64,000 bases of DNA from Tubiluchus corallicola (lineage: Eukaryota > Animalia > Priapulida), in the NCBI GenBank assembly GCA_030141605.1, contig JAQGDQ010000045.1, positions 496,001-560,000 on the forward strand, written 5' to 3'. Numbering within the stretch: the first letter of the stretch is position 1; each line of letters opens with the position of its first letter. Under the pieces are notes generated by a model, which worked only from the letters and a program-made list of their open reading frames with translations, ran no database searches and had not been told where the DNA came from. Position numbers and translations under genes: made by a program. Shown in pieces: positions 24,561-39,282 of the stretch.

Positions 24561-27500
24561 ATGTAAAAAATGCATAGGTGAACCAACAAGCTATTAGTAA
24601 TTTGTTTATAATCATGATCTGCACGTGTTTAAATTATTTTTCTCAGAGTAAACGTGTTTATTTTGTGATCCGTCAAGTGTACGCTTTGTCAGTATTTATT
24701 TTTCGCACCTGTGCAACTGAACAGGTACGTCATGTTCATGTAAGCATGCAGCCGATCCTTCATAAAGTACACCTCTTTGCTTACTCGCACCCTCATCATC
24801 TGTTTTAGTATCTTGTTTACCGATGAGTCACTGAAAAAAAATATTCGATGATTCTTATCACTGTCGTAACAATAGAGAATTCAGTCAGTGGCGCATAAAT
24901 AGAAACTGACTCAGTACTTTGTCAACTAACATTATTGAACTGCAATCAACGTTTAACGCTATATCAAACCAGGACCCAAACTCTAACCAGCAGAATAATT
25001 TCGATGTATTCCGTCTTTAGTAAGATCCAACCTAAAATAAAATTATCCCTATGATCCCACACTTCTAGAACACCCAATATTTGACGTGGTAAACTCGTTA
25101 TTAATGTACTACTGTTAAAACCAGTATCTTTTCTATACCAGACGCTCAAAGTTCGAATGCACAGGTGAGAATTTTAAATATTTTATTCACCGACTTTGAT
25201 GTAATATGACTTATAATGTAATATTGCTGTTTTGTAGATTTGCTCGGGCGGACGCAAAAGAGACTCAGTATTGTGTAGTTTTTGTAGCTGAGTCGTGTTG
25301 TAATCGTGTCACTATACCACGGCTAGGCTTTACATATAAAGCAAACATCCTAGCAGATGATTGTTTAGGATTCGCATCGGTTTAAACAGTTGAATCCCAG
25401 TTTAAAACTTGTTTTCTATTCGGCCCTCGTGTGGTTGGAGTGGGTTTCCTTTGCACAAGAGAAGACTGTACTGCGTACACGCTTGACAACGCACTCAGGT
25501 ATCTTACCTGCACACGGTTGATGGGCGGTAACTTCAAAAGGCTGATGCACGGCTCCCGAATGCGATAAGGTTTACCTTGCCGATTAGTGCAAACATTTCG
25601 GTAAAAGTAGAAAGGCGGCATCGGTGTCAAGTCGTTCAGTCTTGATATCAAACTTGATGATCTATCTCTGTCACTAGAGAGGGGGAGTGTTTGTTGGTTT
25701 GCTGCTATAATGTTTGGTAAATGTGTGTGTTGCCGTATTAGAGGTAAATGTACAATTAAAAATAGGCGTGGTTCGAAGGTTTTTGGCATTTAATCCGTTG
25801 TTGTAACCAAAACAACAGTTTGACTACAACAAAGAGTTTGACCTTGAACACGCCGAACAAACAGAGAAATAATTGCTATAATACATGTAGCAGGTTTTGG
25901 ACATAGGACATAGCACATATTTTAAATTTAAGAACTGTGAGCCTAAAACTAGAGATTTTACACATTTTTTACTTGTGAGATGTCCATGGTGCACACGAGT
26001 TTTGACTTTTTGAGATACCGTTTGAAAAGTGAGAAAACATCCTACAAGATGATTACTGCTCAAACTGTAATGCAGATATCGATTATTATCATGAAAATAA
26101 TTCACTTAACTAATTAAGGACTGAAAATTCTGTAAGATGAATACAGATGCAAAGTATTTTGTGCTTCTGTTACACACTTCACTTCCGGAGTTTCACTTTC
26201 TTAACTTGTAAAAGAGATTAATTTATTAATTATAATCGGTGCAAAATTTTCATTTGAACAGCAAACCTGGTATAATTCTTGTGAGCGTACGCTGCAGCAG
26301 CAATGCATTCTACCTTTTCTTTTTTTTAATTCTTCCAATCCATTCATGATTGGATGAATCCTAGCACATCCTGGCAAGTAAGGAAGTGGGAAAGAATGCG
26401 TAGGACTCGAGAAGAAGCAGAGGCAAAAATGAAAAACTGAGAAAGATGGCGAGAGAACATTACATTTTATGACAACAAAATAGTTACAGTTTCATAAATA
26501 GGATCCTGATAAACAAAATGCACAAACTAACAACAAAACACACTGGTGCAAACTTGTTCCATAATTATCAGCATTAAACTGAAAATTTATTTTTAGTTGC
26601 TTGAATTGGCTTTGGTATTTACCCATTTAGATATTATTTAGCAGGTTTATTCTGTTAGATAACACTGGTTCATAGCCGCTGGATTACCATATGTTTCTAT
26701 GAAAGCAAACTGTATACTAACTGGCAAACTTGTGGAACTGATTAATGGAGGGCGAGAGTACCTAATACATCACTAGTGTTTAGCTCGAGAGATCGCGTAA
26801 ATACCTAAGAAAACAACTTACTAGGTTTCAGAATTGTTGGCTTCTTGAGAAGGAGATAGAAAATATCAGTTTAACAGTGATGCAGACTGTCATTTTATTA
26901 AAAATTCATGTATGACGCCGGATATAATAAATTAATGTCGTTCTTGCTATATAACCTATATTAAGATTTGAAATAATCTTTGAAAAACAAGTAGCCTCAG
27001 AAACGTGTTTAACTTTTCTTTTGGTTCTTGTATAAACCACATTGTTAATGCATGCTGCAGTAGTTGGTGTTCTGAAGTCAAGCTATCGATGTTTCGAATT
27101 TTCGTCTACGAACATTGATATATTGTCAGGTCTGAATTACTGTCGGCGTGGTCACTGTGAGTACGCCCTTTTGAGTGAAACAGGTCTCACAGGTCTTCAG
27201 CTGCTCTGCCCTCAGTAACACCATCAGAACTACCGAGACAACTTCTTGAATTTGCCGCAGCAGCCAATAATTATAGATATTAATGTGATTTAAATCTCGG
27301 CAAATGTTGTTAGCATTTTATGGTGAGGCAATTAACCGATATTGTGATCCAGGAAGCGATAAACGTAATCTCTGCATAGGGACCACCGACCAGCCTAGAA
27401 ACCAGCGACAAAGGACCATCGCTTTTCGAAAAAGGGATTGCGGGATTAACAAGGCGCCACTGTCGCTATACTAGACGAATTTATAGTGACTTTCATTAAT

Positions 27501-27749
27501 TATGAGTTTATAATTCATCTGATTAGAAATATGAACGCAGCACTGGCTATGTAACCGCAGGTACTGTTTTGTGTCTTTTGGTTATACGTTGGGACAGGCC
27601 TTTGCAGCTGACATTGCATAAACTTCCAATAACTTAAAATAAACATCTTAGTGTTTTAATGATTTAGATGACTTGCTATCATATATAAAATAGCATGTGT
27701 TTTCTTCAAAACCTAAGTCTGGTAATGAAGTAAAACAGGTTAAACGTTT

Positions 27750-27799
27750 CAACTCCTCCTCCACTACCAGCACCACCTTCAATATTACTACTGCTGCTG

Positions 27800-27889
<90 letters not shown>

Positions 27890-28290
27890 GCAGTAGTAGT
27901 TTTTTTCACCTTTTGCTTTTGCACTGCTGTTTAAATAAAAAATGCGAAAAATTGCTTTATATTGTTAATGGGAAAATCGCTTTGTCCAAAAATGTAACAT
28001 AATGAGTACTACTTTCACCACCACCACCACCATCACACTACTACTATTACTACAGTAGTAGTAGTAGTAGTAGTAGTTGTTGTAGTAGTAGTTGTAGTAG
28101 TAGTAGTATCATGATTACAATTATTATCATCAACATCATCACACCACTAGCACCCATCATCGTCGTTATCGTCATAATCACTATTGCCATTTTCGCTGCC
28201 ATCATTGCCACTATCCTTCTATTCCTCGCCTGACGCAACCGTTACTGTTGTCATCACAATCATATTCGTCATCACCATCATCACCCTACT
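27750..28290 (+). repeat. Cluster of trinucleotide repeats (CTG/CTA/GTA/CAC/CAT), partly decayed
   Basis: Directly visible, ending about 0.5 kb upstream of the Osr ATG. Confidence 0.9.
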
Positions 28291-28539
28291 GCTCGCCGCA
28301 ACCAGTTATATGCTGTAAAGCTCATTTTCTACATCACGCAGGCTTACTTAGAGCAAAAGCAAAAGCCTCAAACAATAATTATTTAATCGTATGATAATCT
28401 CTAATTCCCCATGCTTGCTGAAATTTAATGCTCACTTAACAGGTGTCGTAAAGATAGGCATGCTTGAAGCAACAAGTGCTGCCAAGACAGAACATTTCCC
28501 CCAAACGGTTGCTGTGGTGAGCGAAACTTAATTTACACA

Positions 28540-28650
28540 CCAATTATTGGTAAATATCCGCCTACTATTATATCGTGTCAGACTCCGCCCCTGCATGGCA
28601 AAGTTTGGCTAATGCTTGGCTACGTCACCGCCCGCTGGTTAACCATAAAA
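28540..28650 (+). promoter_or_regulatory. Candidate Osr core promoter
   Basis: CCAAT at 28541-28545, reverse CCAAT (ATTGG) at 28546-28550, GC box CTCCGCCCC at 28583-28591, CRE-like TACGTCA at 28621-28627, TATA-like CATAAAA at 28644-28650; ATG at 28810. Confidence 0.5.
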
Positions 28651-28809
28651 CACAGGCCATTTGGGTCATTGCAAATGAGAAATCTTTTGGCAACGGAGAG
28701 ATCAACAACGCTTCGAAGTATTTCATAGAGAACTTAAAAACTGTTCTTTACCTAGTTAGTTTGGTTCATGTTTTCAAACATTCTAGTCGCACAATTCACA
28801 GAATACGGA

Positions 28810-31800
28810 ATGTTTGAGGAAGGCAGACCGGACAGTATGACGTCATCATTGGGCACGGAAGTTAGAGAGAAGCCTATCCTGAGGCACAAACTGTATGGTA
28901 TGATTCTGTTAAGAAATATTTTTATGACATATGAAATTTTACATACTCACTTGAACAACGTAGAAAGCAAGAGAAAATACAAATATTTTGCATCAGTGCG
29001 TGTTTTTTGTTCCCTCTGATAATTGCGTTTCAATTTTACTTTTAATTTCAGTTTTAGCAGAAACTGCTAAGTATGATTCTGTTCAACATGTTTTCTAGTT
29101 AAATGTTACATAATATTGAAGTGAAATATGTTTGCCTAACATTTAAAAATAGTACATAATTCCACGTAGATTCTTCACTTGATGCAGTTTTTATTAACTG
29201 CTTCGTAAACGCATAAACAACTTAAATTACACTATTTGTTTTCTTTTTACACGTAAACGTGCTAGAACTTTTCCTAGTTATTATAATAAATATATGTTAG
29301 TTCTGATGCCGAAAGTTCTGAAATTTATTTAACTCAATGAAATGATATGAGAATTTAATTCTGATAAAATCTGAAATAAATTAAACTAAAGTCTGTACTC
29401 TGTGCTGGCCAGTTACTGTCTATTAGAAATGTTACTATCTCTTAACTGATACCGCTAAACGAATTAACTTATTTAAATTAGAAACAACGTGTTAGCAAAA
29501 TATCATTAAATTACAGAAATTTGTTACTAATTTTGTAATTAGACAAACGTGATAATCACAGGCTTCAGTATGTCATTTTTAAGTGTAAATATTCATATTC
29601 CTCCTACTAATCAACCACTTTTGAATAATTCCGAAGATATCGGCACCTTTGATATGTTGTATGTTGTTATGATAACTAACTTTCGTTTGCTACTGAAGTT
29701 TACATATCAATAAGTGCCGAGATACTGCAGCTAGTATTTAAGGATAGTAAACACTAAACGTACTGAGAGCGTGTATTATTAATTAGCCTTTGAACACGTT
29801 ATAACGACTTTGATTTCTCGTTATACGACTTTCTATCTCGATATAGCGATCTTTTATTTCATTATAATGACTTTTTTGTTCACAGTTTTTTTTATTATGG
29901 CTTTAATACTTGTCCGTACTAACATGGTGTTCGAATGAATACAAAAACCCAGAATCTAATCACATTAACATAATCAGTTACTTACCAAAATTAATAATAC
30001 AGATTCCAACGAAGAAATAATGAGAATTTAAATTATCATGTGATTTGGTACTCGAATGTATACTGTTATACCCTGATAAGCGTTTTTAGTATTTTTCCTA
30101 AATAGCGTCATCTATATGTCAAAATTAGGAGTTTTGAACTTGCATTCCTATTTTGCAGTCTGGCTTCAAAATTTGCTTGTAGCTTGCAATAAATATTTCT
30201 CATGAAATAAATGATAAATGCGTTGTTAGTTGAAAAAGAAATTTTAAAAAAGCTTCCACTCTGCCTATTAAGGTGAAAGAAATGTTAGACTTCACGTTAC
30301 ACTACACTGTACTCATCGTGGAAACAACCCATATGACATATAAGCAGTGACTTGCTGCACTATGACATAGGGTTAAAATTATTAGATCGTATTTAGCTGC
30401 ATTTTTCATTTACTTTTCCATGTTTAAAGGAAAATAAAAATAATCCCTTAATGCTTTGTAAGGAGTTCTTTCATGGTTGTACTATATTTTTTCTGAATGC
30501 GTGCAAACCCATACAAGCAATGTGTGTGAGATGACCAATTTCGAGAACCTGTTTGATTTAATATTATTATTGATTTAATTAGTTATGGAACGGCAACTAA
30601 TTAATAACTCTTTTATGCTATCATTATTAGCATTATTATTTTTTGTTATAAATGGAAAATCGACACCTCGAGGGCGGGCTAAGCCCACCCAAACACATTG
30701 GCGAGTGGTTATATTGTACAATAAAAACTTCGATCAGTATTTTATTTATTCAGTTAACTATACTAACGTAGGCACTAAGTGATTATAAGAGCAACACGTG
30801 TTGTGTTCCGGGGGGCATGTGATGATCGTGTCTTGACTCAGTGCTTATTGTAAATTTAGGAACGGAACATGCACAGTTTGCCGTGTAAACGTTTTACAGA
30901 TTGTTACGGATATTTAGCTACCGTTAAACCCATTCGGTTAGTTTGCGAGTAAGCGCTTGTGTGTGCAAATTTGATTTTAGAAGTGGGGCAATGTTGTAGT
31001 TTTTGCTTGGTACCCGAATTCGAATGAGCCGAGGGGAAGGTCTGTGTGTGCAGCGGAAATGCGCCGTTCCGTGGGTAGGGAGAAAATAAACTTTTAGGTT
31101 TAAAAAGAAACAAGTTTAAAGAATACGAATGGCTACAGCAAGTAAAGAATTATAATTTTGATATGTACTACAAAGGTTAACAGTGAAGCTCTGGTTTTTT
31201 TAAGTTCTTGTTGTACTACATTATCTATATGCACGGTTATTGCAACACAGAGATAAAAGACCTTAGTTGACGTTTTTAGTGAAAAACATATTTAACTAAA
31301 ATTTTAAGAGATTTTTTTGCAATTCGGAATACTGCGACTACGTATATTGTTACATTGAATGAAGCAGGCCTGGAATCTATCTAATTATCATTGTAATTCC
31401 CTAAGATGAAATAATGAACTGGCAAGCGGATCAATTTTGCTACCATGTCAATTGATTTTTGCACATTCCTCTATAAACACATCAGCAAATTTCTACTGCA
31501 CTTGTTACCTCGAAATATATGAATATTTGAATATCTTCTGAAACACCTAGCATATTCGTGGTTCTTGAACGAAATGAACGGCCAGAGCGATTTTCCAACT
31601 CATCTGTTTACTAACTAAGTCCAGCGTTGCTTGTAGCTTTTTAAACATCCGCCGTCATTTTTTATTATAATATCGATGGTAACACTGAACGTACCTTTAA
31701 TGTAACAATTTTATAATGACCTGCACCCGATTTTACCTGTGTTTCTGAATTGTTACTACATGATGTATCATGTATTACTAAAATTGAGTGAGTTAAAGCT

Positions 31801-34800
31801 GAATAAATTTACAAGTACTGGATAATATAAAACACCATTTGCATACAACGTAACACAAGAGGTCTATAGTTGTAAAATTTAAAATCATAAAAAACAAAGA
31901 TACAATTAAACATCACCTGAATTTGGTTATAGTGCTCTTCTAAAATACACGCATAAACTCCAAGGTCAAATAAAATATATATTTGGAATTTAAAATCACG
32001 ATAATTAAGCTTGCGTTTTAAAAATGGCTGAGAAATAGCTGGTGACTGTAGTAGTTTGATGCCATTGGATACTTGAACTAAACTTTCTTTTACAGCCAAC
32101 TCACTAAACGTTTTGCTAACCAGTGAAATACTGAGGTAATTTTGTGAAAACGATTCAGGTTTTAGCAAAATAAAATATTTTACAGACTTCTTACACCATT
32201 TATCGTTATTATTGCAAATCTATTCGACTTCACTTCACGACTGTTTCCACGTTGAGCGGTTAGCCTAAATTATTTCGTGACGTTGAATATTCAAGGTTTA
32301 TAAATTAAATAATTTTAACCTCGCTTGTTGCGGGGAAACGTTTCTGTTATGGCCGTTTTTCTCCAAAGTTTGTTTATCATAAATAATTTATGCACCGACG
32401 GAAAGCGCGTTTATATTGCTACTTGTAGGTAACAGGGGAAGCACGGGGGGTCAGACTTAGTCAATATTTTATGCAGCTAGTAGTAAACTGCACGGCAACT
32501 GGGCGGATACAGATAATTTTAAAATTAGCCATAGGGTCGTTGCAGTTGTTTTACTTGCTGAGGACTGCGGTTTATACTATTTTTGTGTATTTTTATAAAC
32601 TGACTGTAAAAACAGTATGTGACCTCACAAACTATAATTTAATCTGCACAACATCTGCATAGCTTCGGCTTATTTTAACATTTGCCCAAATGATCAAGCA
32701 CAACCCCTCTGTACCTCCTACTTACCAGTTTCATGTTTATCTGATTGGCATCCGCCCCCTGGGAGTCTAAACAATAGTCAGGTTGTTTGTGTTCGGTTGC
32801 TGAAAATTATTCAAATTGAAACGGATATACTGCAAAGTAAACAGCATTGCAACTGCATTACGTGCCTGTTTTACATTTTACTACCTGTGTGAGGTTGTGT
32901 CATGTTGGTAATGTCTAGTTCAGAGAACAGTAAGTTAGATTACGTTTCAGACTTCATTTTATTCTGCACTTTATATTACATTACGAAACAGGACTCAAAT
33001 TAAAAAGAATTATTTAATACAAAAGTGGTCAACGGTCATGCGAGTATTCTAGGTAGCTATCGTCAAAAATGAAAAATGAGTGAGAAAAAATAGGTAATAA
33101 GTAAACAAAATTTTTAGTAGAAATAAAAATGAAAAACGTAATGTAAACTGATAAATGAATTCATTATAAAGGGCAAGTTAAATGTACGAGGTAGAAATAA
33201 TAGACCAAAGGAAACAAAACTGGCATGCCTAGACTAACATATTACATTTTATCTCGTTTATTTTTTCCTTCTTGGTTGGCCCTCTAGTTATAAATTCTTG
33301 GGTTTACGAGTTTTTCAAGCCATTTGCCCTCAGCTCTTAACTCAGTATCACATTGTATAGATGGCCGTAATTAAAGTTTAGACTTGTCTTAACCTTTAAG
33401 TTAGGACGAAACTTTAGTGTGGGACTAGCTTAAGTTTTGGGCTATAAGAACAGATAAACATTGAGTAGGATAACGAGAATATTTTGTTGAAAATAAAGAC
33501 AAAGACATTTGAATCACTGTTTTGCTTTTCACTAATACTGATTTGATCCATGGGAAAGCGAAACATTTGTTTTTGACGTATATTTAGTTTACTGTGTACT
33601 TTCCACATATTACACAATTCGTAAATTTCATGCATGCTCTAAAAAGTCTTCAGTTGTTTCATTTTACCTTTGGAAAACTTTTTGCTCCGTCACACAATGT
33701 GCGCAGTTTTTACATTTGTTGGGATTTGATATTACTGCGAGTATGATCTTTGAACTAGTGAGTTTTTGTTTCCTGTGATTATAATACTAGTAACAAAACC
33801 CACACGGGAGCTGATCGAAGATTAATTAAGGAAGGCAGCTATTTTAATGTTTTTACATTTTTGTTGGTCACTTCGCATTAATTTAAATCTAAAACTATTA
33901 AGTGCGAGGATTATGTTTGCCAGTTGCTGGGTACGTTTTATGCAGCCACGCAAAAGTTAAGAACAAAGTTAAGAAAATGCGCAGCACTCAACAACTGTTA
34001 TTAGCGTCGCTTCACCAGTTTTTACAAAGTCTGACGCTAAATGTCAAACCAGCTTTTACGTCAATGTGGGTGTTCTTAAAAATCTTGTCTAATAAAGTGT
34101 CAAAAATCATGTCTATTAATGGACCAAGGAAGGCAAAGAAACTTCAAACGTTTGGAAGTTTGCATAACTGGTGGCCTGATATGTAAACACCCAGGTTTCA
34201 TAAGCCAGACTACCTTCTCCCTGCATAGCTTTTCGGCCATTAGATATCGCTTTAAGCTCGTTAGGGTAATTAACTACGGCTCTGAATGATACAGACCAGT
34301 CAGTGGCGTGCTCGGAAGCTACTTCATGTGATTTACGCCACAAATATTTATCGAATTAATTTTATTTCTCTAACCTCACGTGTTGGGTTGCCGGAGCGTT
34401 ATCTTTTGCCCGGCTGCCAACGATTTGGAAACAAAAACTCAGATAACTCACCGACTTGCAGTCAGCTACCACCACATGTTTATGTTCATTGTGTTGTGTA
34501 TTTATTTGTACGTATGGCTGGAGAATTTTCACCTAGATATTTAGGAGTTTGCAGACAGCACCACAACTTAGGTGGCTAGAGTTTTTTGTGCGTATAGTCA
34601 TTGTTATTGTTGAAGGTGGCAGTTTTAAACTGTTGGTTTTGAGGAAGAGATCGTGCTTCAGCGTTTGTGGCGATGCGCAAATTTGGTGGAATATTCGATT
34701 TTTGGGCATATTTTGTCAGAATTATACTTATTATGTTCTATGTGGGACGTGTATTATTCTTTTTTTCTATGAAATTGCAAGATTTAATTATGTTAAAATG

Positions 34801-37800
34801 TTGATACATTTTTCTTTGCATTGACCAGACGTAAGACTATTAAGTATCCAGTGAGTTTAATATTTCGTAAAACATATTTTCAAATATTTTTAAATGACAT
34901 TTGTTTATTGTTGCATTGGCGAATGTTCTAATTGTAATAAATTCAATGACAGTTTGGAATTTTGAAAGCCGACAGCCAGCACTTAATTTAATTCAGGACA
35001 CCTATTTAATTTACGCGATTGTGATTATACCGGAATGATGACCGTAATCATTAATTCGAACCGGTAAATGTGTCTTTTCACTTTCGGTGTACATTTTCCC
35101 CGTATGAGAGAAATTATAGCTGTAGCATGGCAGGTACAACAGAAACAGTTCGCCAGATGTCTATCTATCCATTTGCTATATTACTAACGAGGCCTTAGGT
35201 TGCTCAGTTTCGCAGCCAAGCATATACCATGATCACTCAGTTATTCTTTTCGCCCAATATTATTCAAGATTTATCACGTGCTAGTGATGCTACTTGACCA
35301 TTCGAGCTATCCACATCTAATGCTAGCCAAATATCAATAATTCATGGATTTTCCACCTAGTAAACTGCGTAGATTTTTTTGCATGTACATTGTGTTTTTT
35401 GTTCTAGAAATGAAGAAAGAATACAGGAATTCGCAACCGCCAACGCCACCGTTAACGCCCACTAAAGATATGATGGCACCTCTAAGCATAAACCTGCCTA
35501 CTGAAAGAGGAGTCTTTCCCTACGCTGGTCAATTTAGTTCCTTAGAGGTCAATCCAGTTCACCCCATTTATACACCTGTCGCTATGTATCCTAGAATTTC
35601 GCACACAGGTTTCCCGATTCTGCCCGTTTCGGGCTGCCCATTTCCGTCGTTGCTTTATCCCTATTCCTGTAGGCCGTTACTGGATGTTAACCAACAGCAC
35701 TTGTCCACGGAAAATCAAATTTGTGATTATCGGGAGGGTTTTCCACTAATCAAGGTAAATTTGATCAAATGAAACTTGTAACACTCGCTGTACATTTTAG
35801 TTTATCACAACAGAAGCCACGCCCACAGCCTTATGTGACTACGCCCAATGTCGCAACAATAAAATCGTAGGATGTTTAATATTATGAATAAGTTTACCGC
35901 CCGTACGATAATATCAAAAATGCTTTGCTAAAACATTAAACTAGCATTTAGTTTTTATGAGTATGTTTTAATGATGTCAGTGACGTGTTTTTATTTCTGT
36001 CACGTGTAATATAATAAAATAGAATGGCCGTTACTTTGATATTTTGCATTACAGCCGAGATATAACAATAAGCGACTGCTTTTTACTATTATTTTAAATT
36101 ACAAGTACGTTAATGACAAGAATGATGATGATGGTATGATGATGACGATGATGATAAAGATGATGATGATGATGATGAGGTGGTGGTGAACGGTGGCGGT
36201 AGTGACGACGACGATGCAAGCGGAAACTACTGTGTAGAACAATGTGAGTACAAATACATTGCAGAGATTTTTATGTTACTATTGCAGTATGATGACTGCC
36301 ATCTACCTCGTCCAGTCGCACCTCCTTGCATGGCAGCTCTAACAGCCAACAATCCTCCAAAGAAATTTGATTTTGCCAATCTAGCTAAATCAGCAACTGA
36401 AGATAACGAAGCGATACAAGAGAATCCACCAATGGTAAATTATTAACTTATAGTTATTTGTTATTGTTTCATTTTGGTTCGTGCTAGTGCAACTAACTAG
36501 CAAAGATAATTATTAAACGCATTCTAAAGTGTTTCTGTGCAGGCTAAAATAGCAATTAATTAACTAACTAATTACTCATTTAACGGAACTGGCAGGCTGG
36601 CTGGTTGACTGACTGACTAATTGATTAATTAACTGACTTGTTGATTTGCTGATAGGTTTACTTGCCGGCTAACTGGTTGACTAACTGACTGATTGGGCGT
36701 CGGACTAAACTGACTGACCTTATCACGTGAATGATTGGTTCATTACATAGCAGCTTTGAACTACTTTTGCTCATTTTCTGTTTCTTCATAAAAAGAGCTC
36801 GAAATACAATAGAGTCGCTGAAACTTGGAAAAAATGTTTCAAATGGAAGTGTAGTTCTGAGTTTACACATGCTGCCACTATATTATACTATTTTCATCTT
36901 TTGCTTAGATGCTTGGATTTCAAGCTTGTACTTTTGGGAGTTTTCCTGGTGCCCAACAAGGCGCCAAAGCACCACGGCGGGTAGGAAACGCCAGAAAAGG
37001 CAAGAAGGAATTTATCTGCAAATACTGCCACCGACATTTCACAAAATCCTACAACCTGCTGATTCATGAGAGAACGCACACTGATGAGCGGCCATACTCC
37101 TGCGACATATGTCACAAGGCCTTTCGACGTCAAGATCATTTAAGAGATCACAGGTACACTAAGATTTCCTCAGAAAAATACGTTTTGTAATTTGATGCCG
37201 CATAAGGTATAATCAGTAAAACAATTCATTGCTTCTTCTCTTGGATGTTTCCCTCCTTATGAATTTTCTGTCATGCAGATCATCGTCTTCTCTTGTTTGC
37301 TAAAATAAAAACTTTTGCAAGAACCGTTTTATTTTTTACACTGTTGAATGGCAATTCTGTTCTTAGTTTATATTTTGTAAATTTTAAGTCGTGGGAAAAG
37401 CTAGCCTCTGCGTATTATTCACATTAAAAACCGCTTCTGTTCTTGCCTAATTGTATCATTAAAATATTGCTAGTCCCAGGAAATTTTTCAACATTGGACA
37501 TTTAAAATTCATTCTGTGAAAAGCAGTTTATTGCGGCAATTTGTATAATTTTGTGGGAAACAAGCTACACCAAAATTAAAACTGCTACCTGTAATATCAT
37601 TTTCTGGTACATTTTGTTTGGATGCATTACTAAATAGTTCTTATTTTTGTAGCTTGTTGACCATTATACGAACGAATTTATTACTATAGAACAAAAAACT
37701 CTTTAGTTACATAAAGCTAAAAAAAGTCTTGAAATTTATATCACCTACATGCTGCCTTATTGTGCACAGAGCTTGTATCAGAGGGAATGCTAACTTGATA

Positions 37801-39282
37801 GCTAAACGTCCACGAAGAGGTGCAGTCATTTTGACAGTAGATCGTTTGAAAAAAGTTTAGATAGCATTGTGTAAAACTGGAAAAAATAATTAGAGCATTC
37901 GTAGTGCACACTTCACTAATTAAACAGAACTGACAGAAGTATAAATTACTTTATCCTGTCAATAAGATTAATAATATCTTTAGTGACGTTTTGCCAGTTG
38001 GTGCATACATTTAAATTACTAAGAATTTTCTTTTCTAGTTACTCAATTCTGCCAAAGTGTAATGTAAATTAATATAACTTTGTAGGGAAAGGTTAAGGTT
38101 TACATACACATTTTAAAGCTATTTTATTTACCTTTTCGCAGGTATATTCACTCGAAAGAAAAGCCATTCAAATGCTTAGATTGTGGGAAGGGATTCTGCC
38201 AATCTCGCACGCTGGCTGTTCATCGCATTCTTCACATGGAGGAGTCACCTCACAAGTGCCCTACCTGTGGACGTAGTTTCAATCAGAGGAGCAATCTGAA
38301 GACTCACTTGCTCACCCACACTGACATCAAACCTTATAACTGTACTGATTGTGGTAAGGTAGGCAGTTTGTTTCTTAGAAACCAAAAACTGGCCTTTACT
38401 GCATTTTTCCATTCATCGGTATCCATCATTATAAGTCATCAATATCCTATAGTTACTATAAACTGGCAAAGTGCCTGCTAATTTTTTGCGAAAAGCATCA
38501 TTTCACAATAACGTATATTGCCAAGTAATAGACAATGTTATTAATAAAATTATTGTCTCTACATACCAGCCAAATGTCTGAAATGATGGATGGGCAGGCA
38601 GACATGCAGGCAGCTGGATAGCTGTGCACATACTGTTAAGATGTAACTTACTAAATATAAATATAAATGCAGATATTAAGTTTTCTTGATTTGTTTAAGA
38701 ATTTTCTGCTGTTTCATTAAGCTTGAACAGTTATTTGACTGCTGGAATGTTATTACTAACTTCTTTAGCTTTTACAGCTTTCCAAACTAGAATGTTTTTG
38801 GAGATTTTAGTTGATGTAAAAATGTTTCTTGTCCCAGGACTTGAACTCCGGTTTTTAATTGATAAGCCGTATTCTAAATATATATATACATCATCACCGA
38901 GTCATCACTTTGTATACTCTGTCGAATTTGCTGGTTTGGTATTAGGCTTACAGTTCAGTTTTTGATGGAGCATGTCAGAAATTTCGGCAATTAAATAATT
39001 GCAGTATAATATTTTTTCTCTATCATAACGATAATAAAATCTGCCAAGATAAATACCCAACAATACGACGTTTGCTTTTCTTTTATCAAGGTTTTTCGCA
39101 GAAACTGTGATCTTCGTCGTCACAGTTTAATACATAATTTGCAACTCAACACAGAAGAAAAAGTAGATGCCATTTTCTATACTTCTACACAGTTAGTGCA
39201 GCAATCCTGTTCAGAGCCTCCGTATTATATAATAGATGGCGCTATGGGATCATCCTGCGAAGAAGATAGCAGTAACTCTTAG
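28810..39282 (+). CDS. Osr: Odd-skipped-related C2H2 zinc-finger transcription factor (five fingers), ~411 aa
   Basis: Exons 28810-28897 (inferred; phase-1 fit), 35408-35754, 36288-36434, 36909-37153, 38142-38358, 39091-39282; all GT-AG and in phase. The fingers [62 protein letters not shown]...[17 protein letters not shown]...[18 protein letters not shown]...[18 protein letters not shown] are diagnostic of odd/bowl/Osr. Also the FDFANLA motif recalled from vertebrate Osr1/2. Confidence 0.95.
37700..38038 (+). mobile_element. Non-autonomous Helitron-like repeat, copy 1 (Osr intron)
   Basis: Similar to 47901-48407 and 52387-53400 (AAGC.AAAAA..TCTTGAAATTT, CTGCCTTATTGTGCACAGA, TATAAATTAC). Starts TC and ends TTTTCTTTTCTAG|T. 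Confidence 0.6.

Noticed and set aside
35344-35407. ORF-track start MDFPPSK... as the Osr N-terminus
   Set aside because: This stretch is a T-rich acceptor region ending in CTAG at 35407; more likely intronic.
38830-38856. Minus-strand B-box-like GAGTTCAAGTCC suggesting a tRNA
   Set aside because: No cloverleaf or A box; at most a SINE relic.
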